A stretch of 64,000 nt of DNA from Trichinella spiralis. Taxonomy: Eukaryota. Numbering within the stretch: the first letter of the stretch is position 1; each line of letters starts with the position of its first letter. The notes beneath the pieces are model-generated. The model was not told where the DNA came from and ran no database searches. It was given only the letters and a program-made list of their open reading frames with translations. The DNA lies in contig NW_003526943.1 in NCBI RefSeq assembly GCF_000181795.1, forward strand, positions 932,487 to 996,486. Direction: 5' to 3'. Below are positions 42,406 to 60,073 of this stretch, piece after piece. The position numbers and the translations under genes are program-made.

Positions 42406-43184
42406 TTACTTATGTTTCAAAGCGAACTTTCCCCAACCACCACGATCTGGATCGTAATCTGTACGAAATTCATCTCGAACCTAAAAGGCAGGAGCTAACA
42501 TAAAATTTAAATTCAATTTATGATAAAAAGCTGTTCATTCACCTGTCCACCACTTTTTCCTCGCCCATACTGACGACCTTCTGTAAAACCAGGATCCCAG
42601 TCAGTTCGAATAACACGATCATCTAGACGAGCACCATTCAAATAATTCATTGCATTTTCTGCATCTTCGCGAACATAGTACCTGAATACAGTTAGCCGCT
42701 ATTAACGTAAAATGGTTTCAAAATGGGATGTAGATAAATTTTAAAAAAATAATTAAATAAAATTCACTTCAAAATAGCAAATTCACTTATTTAGAATTCT
42801 GGTAATTTAAAAATAAACTTTTCAGAAATAAACTTATGCATACCAAAAGCTTTATATCAAGCAGTTCATTATAAGAATGAGTATAATAAAAAATTACTCG
42901 ACAAAACAAAATCCACAAGGAGTTCTTTTCTCTCGATCCAATCCCATAATTACTCTTCTGATATCCCCTGCTCGAGAAAACAGAGCATAAATTTGATCTT
43001 CTGTTGAGCAAAACGACAAGTTTCCAACGTAAATCGTACTACTAGATTTCAACAGTTTCTGCCACTGTTCATCCGTACCCTTCAACAGTATTATTTAAAA
43101 TTAACATAAACTATATATATATGTATATATAATCACCTTGAATCTAGAATCTCTGTACTGGGGTTTATTTGAATTTTGAAACAT
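42406..43184 (-). CDS. NCBP2: Nuclear cap-binding protein subunit 2 (CBP20), 4 coding exons
   Basis: Spliced translation [84 protein letters not shown]...[46 protein letters not shown]. Confidence 0.96.
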
Positions 43185-44797
43185 CTTCAAACGTAGCACT
43201 ACGAATATTTATATTTTTTCCACAAAACCTAGAATCAAACAGTTCTGCATTATACCTTTACAACTAATGTATCTCATATAGAATAAGATAAAAATATTTT
43301 TTGGAAGATCTTTCAAAAAAAACTCACAAAATTGCTAAAAACAGTGATAAAATAAATAATAAGAAGTGATAATTCAGATGTATTTCACAGCAACTTTGAT
43401 GTCAAACTGAAAGTATGTGGCGTATAATACAACTGAAAAATTATTGATAAAATAAAATATATCATTTGATTTCATCTATATTATTATATGAAATCAAAAA
43501 AAGTAAGCATTACTTTAATTCAACTCAAGAGAAACAAAAAAATGCAAACAAAAACATACTACCCAGAGCACTGTTCCCGGAAGGAGCTAAAAAAACATAA
43601 AAAACAATAAATAATGAAAACCTTATTCAAAAAGTTGCAGCGTTATAAAAAAGAAGTAACTCTTTCAGAAATTGAACAGGAATGTAAGAATTTATTTCTC
43701 AACCACCCTCTACCGTAAAACTACAGTATATTAGAACAAAGGATCATTTAACAACTTGCTATCACATAGTGCGCGAAAGTAATTAATTAAAAACACTGAA
43801 TATAAAAATTAATTAGGTGTAACAATATTAAAATAATTTTTAAATAAATTTCATATAACAGTATTACATAATCGTATTAAAATGCACCATCCGTTTTAAA
43901 CTTATCCATTTTATTCTTACGTTGAGTACAGTAAAATAATTCCTAAAAACTGATTTGTGTGAATTGTGATTGGAAACATATTTTAGATAAAAATTTTTGA
44001 ATAGAATAAACATTATAAAGTGTATGGATAAATTTCAAATAAACACAAGTATAATGGGTTATTAAATAATTTATGAAGAATTTTCAAGTAAAATAAAACC
44101 CTTGTTCGTTTTGAAAATGCTTCAAGTAAATGTCAGAAAATGTATGCATTAAATGAATAGTTTATACAGATAATATTTAAAAAAATAAAATAGACAGTTT
44201 AGATGTTTTGTGTTTCAATAAAAAACAGATACCAGTTTTTTAAGAACGGTACTGTTGATTGAAATATTTAAAAATCTAAAGGTGAAGGATGCGTAGTTTT
44301 ATTGTCAGTTATTCGAATGTTCATTTTGACATAGATGATTTGAAAAACAACTGAATATTTTTGGGTAACCAGGCAAATGTAATAGTAATTTAAAGGAATG
44401 TTTTCAATCTTCGGTCTTCTACAACTTGCTGCACAGATGAAGTAGCAGTGCATTCAAATGAGACTAAATTTATTAAACATGTCATTGGTTGTTTATATTA
44501 TATTGAACAATATGAAAAATTGCTCATTATTAGTCTGGTAATCGACATGATTAATTTGAATAATTCTATATGGTCACTTACTGAAACAAGAAGTCCAAAA
44601 TGGAAACAACATAAGCAGCAGCGGTGTGCACAATGCTTGCATGCATTGGAGCGTAGAATTGTGTTTGCGGGTCAGCGCTCGATATTTTTGTCTCACTATA
44701 TAGGCGGCTTGTTGAAATGAGGAGCCTATTTGAAGTAAAAGCAGGACAGCAGAGTGTCTGGTGTTTGTTCGGTAATTTTTGAAAAGAACAAAAAAAG

Positions 44798-46438
44798 ATG
44801 CCAAAGTTGCGAGTGGAACTTTTCTTGTTCAACGCTTTCCTGTTAGCTGGACTTTGTGCGCAAATTAGCGGCTTACTGGTGCGGGGTTTGCGCAAAGAGA
44901 TCGCCAACGGTATGCAAGCTGACCAGCCGGGCGTTGTTGTACGTACCACATCGAAAATGATCTCCACTTTCCAGCCGCTAATATCGAACGCTCTGAAAAA
45001 GCAAATACCTCAGATGAGCTTCGGCGACATTGTGCAGCCGTTCTTGCACGGTCATGTGAACATCTCGAGCATGAAGTTGAAGCGTTTCAAGGCACAGGAT
45101 CGGTTCGACTGCCGACTTGAAGAGGAACCCGTGCCGCGCATCAGGGTAATTTTGGCTGGCTTGGACGCGGATATTGCCAGCAATCTGAGTGTCAGCTCTA
45201 GACTGATACAACTCCATTCGCCGTTGGATTTGTGGGCCAAGAATTTGTCAGTCGATCTGGCGATGATGTTGGACAACGACAATCCTAACGCCACGTTGAA
45301 ACTTTCCGTACCCGAATGCAAAGCTAGTATCGGATTCACGGATTTCCGGATCCACAACGCGGGAAAATACGGTCCATTCATACCGTTGTTCAGAAAACAA
45401 ATAATCAACCACATCAACGGCGGTATAAGCTCGTTGATTTGCTCACAAGTGAAAACTTTGGTAGACAAACAATTGAACGCCTATTTCAACACTCTGCCAG
45501 TGCAATATCCGCTGATGAATATCAACAGCACCAGTGACGATTTGGGTTCAGCCCTTGGTGCGTTGTTCAATTTTCCAGGTATGAAAATGGACCAAGCTCA
45601 ACGGGAAAAGGTGCTTTCCAATTTGATGCTAAACATGAGCTTAATTGCAAAGCCGAACATCAAATCCAGCTACATCGACACGTTTCACTCTGGAGCGGTT
45701 TGCTGGAAGACTGGCGGCGTTTCAGCATTGCAAGCCAAACCGATGAACTTGTCCTCTTACAACAGTGAACGCATGCTGAACATCTTCATTTCGGATTATG
45801 TGCTAAATTCGTTGCTGTTTCTAATGTTCAGAGATAATTTGGTCTATTTGGGCTTCGATCCGAACAAAGTCGACGGTTTCAAAGACTTGCTCAAAGTACC
45901 CTGCGATGCGGAATTTTGCTTAGGCGCCGTTGTACCCGAATTCAAGACCAAATACCCGAAACACCAAGCCTGGCTTACCTACCAGCCGAACAACGCGCCG
46001 GGTGTGCTGATTGATTCAAACGGTGTCCATCTGCTGACCGACGGGATATTGACCCTTTACGCGACGTCGAAGAGGAAAATGTACCGTCTGCTTGTTGTTC
46101 TGGTTGATCTTTCTGTCGACGTTAGCTTGCGTATGAAAAATGGCCAAATATTCGGCGAAGCTGTCATTGAAGATTTGGACACGCAAGTTCTGAAACACAA
46201 AATGGCTTTCGACGAGACCCGGTTCTCAATTCTCACCGGCTTCACGAAGCTAATATTGCAACAATCACTGAACGACCTGCTTCGACGTGGATTCAAACTG
46301 CCAAATTTAGGCGGCTTTCAGTTGCACAATCCAAATCTCCGGACTGTTCAAAACGGTCTACTTATTGAAACTGATATGCAAATGGGCGAAGAAATGCTGC
46401 AAAAGATGACTGGTCAGATACTATCTGCAAAACATTAA
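44798..46438 (+). CDS. Secreted BPI/LBP/CETP-family lipid-binding protein, intronless, 546 aa
   Basis: Hydrophobic N-terminus; QPGVVVRT; Cys pair (PEC...LIC); RMLNIFISDYVLNSLLF; CDAEFCLG; LRRGFKLP. Paralogous to 35901-37493. Confidence 0.88.
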   Translation: MPKLRVELFLFNAFLLAGLCAQISGLLVRGLRKEIANGMQADQPGVVVRTTSKMISTFQPLISNALKKQIPQMSFGDIVQPFLHGHVNISSMKLKRFKAQDRFDCRLEEEPVPRIRVILAGLDADIASNLSVSSRLIQLHSPLDLWAKNLSVDLAMMLDNDNPNATLKLSVPECKASIGFTDFRIHNAGKYGPFIPLFRKQIINHINGGISSLICSQVKTLVDKQLNAYFNTLPVQYPLMNINSTSDDLGSALGALFNFPGMKMDQAQREKVLSNLMLNMSLIAKPNIKSSYIDTFHSGAVCWKTGGVSALQAKPMNLSSYNSERMLNIFISDYVLNSLLFLMFRDNLVYLGFDPNKVDGFKDLLKVPCDAEFCLGAVVPEFKTKYPKHQAWLTYQPNNAPGVLIDSNGVHLLTDGILTLYATSKRKMYRLLVVLVDLSVDVSLRMKNGQIFGEAVIEDLDTQVLKHKMAFDETRFSILTGFTKLILQQSLNDLLRRGFKLPNLGGFQLHNPNLRTVQNGLLIETDMQMGEEMLQKMTGQILSAKH

Positions 46439-46964
46439 ACATTTTCATGTTATGTTCAATTTTTGTAAAATTACTGTTTTATTGAAAATAAAAAATTCAA
46501 AGAAAACACTGAAAATAGAATGAAAGAATTAAAATTTAGTATAGTATAGTTTAAATTTAGGAAACAAAATGTAACGAAACACAACCGTTGACAGGGTTAT
46601 TAGACAACTAAACTTATTCGAACAATAATAACGCTACATTGCTACTGCAAACGAAGCGTTTTATGCAGTGAATCTTGAAAAAAAACAAAAGAATCAACTA
46701 TTAAAATACAAAATTGCACATATTTATACAAAATACAAATTTGTTCATGTAATAACAGCTATGTAAAATGATTTACTTGATTATTTAATTAAGATTGCAA
46801 CATGTAATTTCAAATGAATAATATCTTAAATACTGTTCAATAAATGAATGTCTCATAGTTAATATTTACAAAAGATTTTGTACAGTTCATTCAAAAGTGC
46901 TTTAATTTTGGCAATAATAAAATTTGAATATTATTTCTCAATAAAAAGCACATGGAAAAGCATT

Positions 46965-47035
46965 TGCGTCGGCCGGGAATCGAACCCGGGTCGCCCGCGT
47001 GGCAGGCGAGCATTCTACCACTGAACCACCGACGC
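46965..47035 (-). tRNA. tRNA-Gly (anticodon GCC)
   Basis: Minus strand reads GCGTCGGTGGTTCAGTGGTAGAATGCTCGCCTGCCACGCGGGCGACCCGGGTTCGATTCCCGGCCGACGCA: complete cloverleaf with A and B boxes, no encoded CCA, and T-runs just downstream. Confidence 0.97.
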
Positions 47036-47960
47036 TCTCGAAACTAACGTTACGTTTTATCTGAAATATTAATTTTGGAAATATCTACATGCACGAATAG
47101 CATCGGCTTGTTTCAGTCAATTTGCGAATTTGAAACATTTACATAATAACATTTGACTTCAATTTTTCTTATTTCAATTTTTTTCAATTCTAATTATTTT
47201 CTTGGCTGTATGCCAGCTATATTTAGTAAGAGCAACAATTCAATTCGCCTGAGAAACACTTTGCATTGATGAACTTGCTCTTTTCATCATTTTGAACGTT
47301 GAATGTAGTTCAAGATTAAAATGCTTACCATCAGAAAGTGTTGTTAACTTTAAATTTTACAATTTAAAGTTTCATTAAATTCAACTTACTTTCAACGTAA
47401 GTGCCTTTTTTGGCAAACAATAAAAAGTGCAATTGCAGATCCTTCTAAATGTGTTTTTGATTATAAAATCAACGACTGTACACAGTTTACGCAGCAATTT
47501 CTGGTTGTTTCAATGTCTCGCAAATGATATATTTATAATATGTAAAGAATTTATCCGAATAATAATATTTCATCTCAAAAATGTTATTTCATCACACAAA
47601 GTTTACACTGAACTTTGTACATACATTTCATGATATTACAACGGTGGAAATGAAATTTATTTTTATGAAACAAAATATAATATAAAATGTAGAAAATGCT
47701 TTTCAACAGATAGCAAGTAGTTGTAGAAAACAAACAGAAAATAATACTGAACATAAATTGTTAACTTTTTTAAAGAACATTATTTCTGCTATTTATTTCG
47801 TTAAGTGAACTGTTGAATAAATGAAAAAAATAATTTTTTTTCAAAAGTCAAACCATCTAATGTTAGTTATATATAAAACAAATAAAAAAAAAGAATTGCT
47901 TCTTTTTGCTTCACTCATTTTGAGATAAAGTTCCCCAGAAACAGATGGAATTTGAAAAGA

Positions 47961-49750
47961 TTAATCCAACTTGTCTACAGTCTCTTCGTAGAGCTTGCTG
48001 CATCCTGCGTCGTTTTTCTTCACCCTGTAAAAGACTTCAACAGGCCAAAATCGTGTAATTTGTTCGACAAAACTATCATCGTGAGTGATCAAGATCAGTT
48101 GGAAGTGTTTTTCCAACGATCTCACCCGAAGCAGATCGACCAACGCCCGTGCTAAATTGGCGCTATTTTTGCTGTCGAGATTCGTGGTCGGCTCATCGAG
48201 AGTCATGAAGCCACAATTCGTCGAGAACACTTCTGCCAAAGCGATTCGAATAATTATCGACGCCAGAACCTTTTGACCGGCACTGCAACGTCCTCTCATG
48301 TCCAACACTTCCTTTCCAACATGCATCACCACCCTGAGAAATGAATTTAATAAAAAAAAAATAATAATCATCATCATCATCAATGTACAACCTGTAGTTA
48401 TAATTGCGCCGTTTGCCAAAATTATCCTGGAGATCTTCTTCAGATTTGATTTCAATATAGTCCACATCCGAGCCTTGGTAAACAGCTTCCCAAAGATCTT
48501 TCAAAATTGCGTTCACCTCTTGCATTTTAATCTTGTGAAATTGCATAATCGCCTGTTCCAAAGCGTTCGCGTAATGGTACAAATCATTCTGAGCGTGCTC
48601 CAACGTCACATGAGCAATCATCTTGTCACGCCATTTCACATCCGCATCTTTGTACATGTTGGACTCCAGTTCGCCTCGAAGTCGGTCGATGGTCAGTTCC
48701 AATTCAGATTTTTTTCCAATCAATTCGTGAGAAATTTTCAACTTTTTACAATACTCCTCATTGACAGTGTCGAAATCAGTATCGCCGGACGGTACCATTT
48801 TCGAATCGAGCTCCGTCTGCAAATGGTGCGCCTCGGCAGCCAGTCGACACTGGGCTGCTTCTTCGCCGAGCAACTTCTTCAAATCGTGCAAATCCCGCCT
48901 CCGCATCTCAGCACGAACCACGTCCTTCTGCATAATCTGCAATTTGTTCACTGTATCCGCTTTGCTCATCTCCAAGCTGTGGATAATCTGCTCATTTTCC
49001 ATTCTTTTCTGCTTCAGCTGTTCAAGCTGACTTTCGAACTTGCCGGCGTTGTATTGCTTCAAGTGGTCAGCACTGTGGTCCAACTGACGCAACGAATCGG
49101 TCAAATTTTCCACCCCACTCTTCAACGGTTCCAAAATTTCCGCCGAATTCTGCCGCAAACTATCCAACTCCAAAATGCGTTCGTTCAACTGCCGTCCCAA
49201 GATTTCCACCTGCTTCTCGGCATTGGTGAAGTTCGTCTCCAGACGAGACAGTTCAGCTCGTCTGCTGGACTCCAATTCACGCAAACTGGCACTTTGCTGC
49301 ATCTGATTCAACACTCGTTGCTTTTTCTCAGTAAGGTGATGCGCGCAGTCTCGAAGATTCTGCAACATATCCCTGTGCTTGGATTGTTCTTTGCGTTTCA
49401 ACTGCAACATGGCTTCATTTTCGCTCAGCATATTCTGAAAAAAAGAGAAAAAAAAGCAAAACAAACATAATTACAATCAACACACGTTTTCCTCCACCCC
49501 ACACCCCTAATCTCTACCTGCACATCTTCGATCTTCTGTTGTAAATTTTCCGACGACATCGTCATGCCAGACGCTTTCAAAAATTCCTCTTGATGAGCAA
49601 TCTTTTCACACAGCGATCTTTCGTATTGCAAAAACGAATCAAGAGTAATAACATCCACCAATATCGCCGACGCTTGACGATATTCTTCATCTGCTATTTT
49701 ACAACGCGCTTCACACTGAAAAGAAGACGAAAAAGAATATGCTAAACGTG

Positions 49751-49783
<33 letters not shown>

Positions 49784-52700
49784 TGCAAACCTGACGCAGT
49801 TGTTGAGAAGCAGATTCACTCTTTTCGATCAACAATTTTCGTTCCTTTTCCAAATCCGGGATCGTTTGCAATTCCAATTTCTGCACAATATCAAAAAGCG
49901 GCTTCAATCCAACAAGCGTATCCCGCCGAGTCTCTTGACTGCGAAGACTGGAAATCAAAGACTGTTCTCTGTTGGGCAAATTGGTGATCGTCTCGTTCAA
50001 CTAGAAAAATTAGTAAATTTAAAAAATGAAAAATGCAATGCAAAATCAGATAGATTAGACATCTTCAATTACTTCGTCAATAACAGAGTCGACAATTTCG
50101 GATGATGGAAAATCACGATGACAAACCGGGCAACATGGATTCTTTTTCAAATATTTTACATATTTTTTATACAAAAATCCCGTTCCACCAATATTTCCCT
50201 TTTCCAATTGAAGCTTTTCAATATTTTCTGTCACATTCAAAAGCACACTGTTGTAAGAGCTCGGATCTCCGTCGCATGCCTTGGTCAAAGTAAAATTACA
50301 AAAAAATATTATAATAAAATTCATTTTGCCTCATTACAGCAGCTATTTTTTTATTGTAAGTTTCCAAATCGTTAGTTTTTTCTTTGATCATTTCGTCATT
50401 CAAGTTCAACTGTTCAGTACAATTTTGCGCTGTTGAATTCAACGTTTCCATTTCTGCATTTAATTTCGTCAATTCAACATGTTTGCTTTCAACGTACTTT
50501 GTCATTTCTGAACTAAAAATTAAACAACATATATCTATATATACGAATAACTTTTGAAAAAAAAATTTAGTAACAACAAACTAACCAAAGCAATTCGTTC
50601 GGTGTATGCTTAAAATGCGTGCTCAAAAATTTTTCGTGCTTTACCATCAGCTCTTCAACTGCTTTCAATTTGGCCGCTTTCTCTCTTTTCCACATGTCCA
50701 ACTGCATTTCTGCCGCGCTGTGCTGTTTCACTTTCTTCAACTGGTCATTCAAATCGTTAATCTGACATAATTAAACGACAATTTATAATTCGAAAATTGA
50801 AATTTTTTGGTAAAATTTTAATTAAATCAATTTTTTAACCTCAGTATGCTTGCGTTCGCTGAAACGGGTCAATTCTTCAATTTCATCTTTCATTCTCGAA
50901 GCGGAAATGAACTGATTTTTCACTTCAATCTGTTCATTCACTGATTTCAATTCTTCCGCAAGTGCATCCAATCTGGATAAGTGAATTATTCAAAAACAAA
51001 CAAACAAACAAACAAACAACATTGCAAACAAATAATTTCATAACAAAAATTAACTCGTCGACAGCAGTTTTGCTTTGAAGAAGCTGCTCCTCAATTTTCT
51101 TGATTTCACTTTTGCAATTTTCTATCTGCTCTTTCAAAACGCCCATGTTTCTTTCTTCGGATTTTTTCTTAATTTCTACATCTGAAATTTCTTGCTTTAA
51201 TTCGTTCAAACGGCAACTATATTCATCCTGAAAATAATATAAAAATAAGATATGAAACAAAAAATTACTATTATTATTTTTATTACATACTTCTTTGGTT
51301 TTCAAAAAATCTGCCTGCGATTGACAATATTTCCGAATATCTTGCAAAGCTACATTGTTACCATAAGTGTCTGAAGAGCAGCAAAAGAAACATGGCGTAA
51401 AATAAACGGAAAATAATATGTAATTTTATACTTGGAATATTCGCTTTGGAACACATGACTGAAATTTGAGAATCAAATTCTGTTAATTTTCCATTCCAAT
51501 ACTGAAATAAAATTTAAAAAATAAAAAATAAATAAAAATTTCAAAATTTTTAATACCTCAATTTCTAATTTGAGCTTGTTTTCATGGGAAATTATTTCAT
51601 CCCGTTGCTTACATCTGTCAATCAACTGTTCATCATTGTTCTCTATTTCGAGTTGTAGCTGTAAAAAACAAACGTAATATATTTAGTGCATATTTATAAA
51701 ATTAGCAAATAGCACCTGTGACAATGATTCTTTTTCCTTTTGAATTTTCATTTCAAAAGTAGCAATTTCATAATCGAGCTCTGATTCGGAACCTTTAAAC
51801 AATTCACCAATGCCTCTGCGAAGACTATCGGCAGTTGATTTGTGTATCTGCATCTGACTTTTCACATTATCTTGAAAAAGAACAAGAAATATATATACAT
51901 ATTTTTTTGAATAAAAATTTCTTTTCAATGTCATAAATAAATTTGAACAATTTCAACACGACTACCTAATTTAGTGGTTAATTCCACAATTTCTTGTCTA
52001 ACTTTCGTCACATTTTCCAGATAAACTTTCATCTTTTCCAATTCACCATTTAATACGTTCAAATCATCATTGATAGATTTCAATTTTAATTCGTTTGACT
52101 GAAGCGCTTGCTTAACCTGCAACAACAACAACAACCGTGATATAAAACAACGTTCAATAATAAGCAATTAAAAATTTCCATCACTTCAGATGCTTTGGTT
52201 TTGTTTTGCTCCAAATGCTTTAATTCAGTTTTGCATTCCAATATTTGTACTTTCTAAAAAGGATTTTTTCTAAATAAAATAAATTAACACATAATTCAAA
52301 GATGATTCATTACATTTCCTTTGTTGATCCTTCTGATTTCATCTACGCATTTTGTGTACCTGAAAAAATTTACTTTGATCTTCAGGTTCACTCTTTTATG
52401 CACTTGTCAGTTAGTTGTCTGCAAATTAATCAAAAAACAAAATAACAAAAACAAATTCTAGAATTCTAGATTTGAAACATTCTCTAAACTACTTTCAGAA
52501 TGCTAAAAAGTAAATATTAAATATAATATGAAAATTAATAACGCACTTCACAGCGCTGAAAATTTCGTCGAACTTCATTTTCAGCAATTTTGGTTCAGAA
52601 AGAGGCCTAAATTTTTAACAATTATTGTAAAATAAAAATGCAATATTGTAATAAAGAAATATAAATCACAACATTAAATTCAAACAGACAAACCAATTTG

Positions 52701-53476
52701 ATTCTTCTTGATGGCAAAAAATTACATTGTCTAGAATTGGTTTAGAAACGCCAAGCAAATTCACCATCTAAACGACTGTTCGTCAACTCAGTAAAACTGA
52801 CACCGCTCATACCTCCGCTTCAATATCCATGCATCTCATGCTTACGCTTGTAGTCTAAATTTAATATTTTATAAAAAATAATGAACAGTAAAAATTAAAA
52901 GTAAAATGACAAAATATTCTCACCTGTCCGTTAATTTTTCTTTGAATAGTTCCGTCCAAGCTACGACTTTCCATTTTGTTCTTCTTAAAAAAATTTCTTC
53001 TTAACATAAAATGCAGCAACAAGAAAATCTATTGTTCAACTTTACTCTCTGATAGCAAGTCATCGATTTAGATACTACAGCAGTAGCGCCTAATGTATCA
53101 GTAAACTTCAGTTTCACTTGGGCATTCACTTCTGGTAAATTAGCAATCTATGAACAGCAAAATCATAACACAAATCAATCAATACATGTTAATTCTGAAT
53201 TGGCAAACTTTCGGATCGTGTATGAAAATTGTTCCTCTTCCACCTGGTGGTAAAATACCAATTGTTGCATACTTCAAACATTCAATAATAGTCTAAAATT
53301 GCAAAATGCGAACGATAAAAATTACAAAAGCTTTCAATAATAACATATACCGTCTTTCCACTGCCGTTTGAACCAACAATCAAAGTTAAAGGTTTTTGAA
53401 ATTTAATAGTTTGCCCTTTTTCTTCAAGACCAAAGCTGCGAAAACCCCGAATCATCATCGCTGATAATTCGGACAT
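47961..53476 (-). CDS. RAD50: DNA repair protein RAD50, multi-exon
   Basis: [16 protein letters not shown]; Walker [37 protein letters not shown]; zinc hook CPVC; signature [14 protein letters not shown]; Walker B/D-loop [17 protein letters not shown]. Confidence 0.96.
49751..49783. repeat. (ATT)11 microsatellite in a RAD50 intron
   Basis: Pure ATT run. Confidence 0.9.
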
Positions 53477-54109
53477 TTTATTTACTAAACAAGTGTAAAG
53501 CACTTCAAAATCTTCATTCAAAATCAAATCTTACTTTACGCAAAATTTTTAATGCATAATTATATCACCTATAAAATACCTCTATATTATTAAAAAAAAT
53601 TTACATTTCATAAAGTATTCTACAAAATAACATTCAAATTTGATCCAGTATTACAGTAATAATGATAAAAAAGTTCAATTCCATAATAATATGTGGCAGA
53701 AATCTTATTCATAAAATAATTTTTTTAATTTTAAGATTTTCATTCCAATTTTCTTCAATATAAATTGTAGTAAAAAAATTTTTCACAATTCGATTTAAAT
53801 ATTTATTATCATTTGTTCATTGCGATCAAGTCATTTGACGATAATTAAAAGAGATTCAGAAGAGAAACTTTTATTCTTTTCCGAAAGAATTTAAAAAATT
53901 CCATTTTAAATTTGAACTTAACAGTTTTCCATTCCATCACGTTCGTTCAAAAATGTTGGAAGATGAAATGATTCACAAACATGATTACTTTCACTGAACA
54001 TTCAGAAAAGAACGAATGATCAGAATTTCTAAACTGCATTGATGCTACCGGTTGAAACTGAATTTAAAAAATTTTTTCACTTATAATGACCAGAATAATA
54101 AATGAATTA

Positions 54110-58251
<4,142 letters not shown>

Positions 58252-60073
58252 TTCGAAACGTAATTAAATCTAAAATGATACTTATAATAATATAATTTTA
58301 AATAGGTATCACTGCACACAAACATATATTTTAATGATTTACAAATGAGCAGAAAATCTCTGAATTAAGGTTGCAATGCTTAAAAAATTCAGTACTTTAT
58401 ATAATTTATATCTGCCAACTAACTGCTCTTCTTAATTTTAAATCACTTTAAGCAATTCAAAAAACACTACCTAATATCGATTCAATACCTTCACAAAGTC
58501 ATAACATACAAACCAAAAAGTAAACAGTAATTCTATTTATACATAAACTAATTGGTAATTAAAACAACTTTTACAGCAATTTTGTTACAGCTAAGTAATC
58601 AACTTTGACATTAATGCAATAAAAAACTCATAATAATGTCTATAAACAGAAAAAAAAGAAACATGGATCTGAGTAACTAAGCAATTCATAAGTTATGCTT
58701 AATATCTAAATTTGTTCAAAAATTAATATTAAAACGTTTGAAAACAAAAAATATCTTACAAAATTATTCGCCAATAATATATGAAACAGATGGGAAAAAC
58801 GAAGAAATATTAATTACAGTATATAAACAAAATTGTCAAGTTTATCTTTTCTTTATTGCACGCATATTATGACTTTTATTGTGTTTCATTAAAACATTTC
58901 ATATTCATGATACGTTATGCAGTGATATCGCAACATATTTTATTTTAAGCACAAAATAACGACAAGTAGTTGAATTATCAAATCTGTATGCCGCTTTTCA
59001 CAAATGCTTAAAATGATATTCGATTCAAACAGTTTATTAATGCAATAATTATTGTTTCTTTAGGTAAAATATTATTATCTTTTGTAATTTTTATTAAATA
59101 AATATACTGTGTAAAACATTATACTGTAATGTATATTATAATAAATTATAGTATTTAAAAATTCTATTGTAATGAATGTGACAAATCATTTTTCTGATGT
59201 AAAATAAAAGCATTTTAAATTTAATTTAATATCATATGGAATAAAATTGAAAGTTTTATTAAATAATTGACGTAAATCATAAAATTTCATGACATTCATT
59301 TTCTATTCATCTCCAGATTATCAATAAAATTTATTTTTGCGGCATAGCTTGAATTTCAAATTGTCATACTATCGTAGACTCCATTTTGTTATTCTTCGTA
59401 GCAGTGTCATATTTACGATTACGTGGAATTTGTCGGTATAACATTATTTTTATTATTAATTTTGCATGAAAATTTGTTATTACTTACTTATTTAAACTTT
59501 TTTTAATAGAACTGTTTTTTTATTATATCATTTTATTGTTTTGTAAAAGCAATATGTTGTAAAAGGGTATGAAGTTAATTTTGTCGTTATCAGCAGAATA
59601 CATATTAATTAATAATTTATTTTAACGCTGTAGCATGCTTATTCAAAGGACATTCAATATTTACATATTATATAGAAAATTTTGTTAATTTTTCTCGTCA
59701 AAGCTTGTAATGTATGTGAGATATTGTTATTATTTACTTTAAAATACTTCGACCGTTTTATATTTTTGCAATTTTTCCATTTCATGGGCAGTGTTTATTT
59801 ATTAAATGATAATATGTTATATTCGGTTAGATTTTTGTAAATCTTTTTACTGTTCCTTCAATAATAATAATTGTTAATATTTTTGGTTGACAAAACAAAA
59901 TAAAAAGTTCAACACTGTATTGAATATATAATTTTTGAGATTTGAGCAGTTTATTATTGCATTATAATATTAGCAAGGTTGGCGTTTTAAACAGCAGCTT
60001 TTGTGTTTTATATGAAATTAAATATATTTAAATTTTTCAGAGTGTTGAAAGATTTTGTATTTTTTTCTGAGTG

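Noticed and set aside
44448..46296. Small ORFs overlapping or antisense to BPI gene 2
   Set aside because: Alternative-frame shadows of a GC-richer coding region.
48298..49470. 390-aa ORF on + strand
   Set aside because: Antisense shadow of the long RAD50 coiled-coil exon, with no recognisable motifs.
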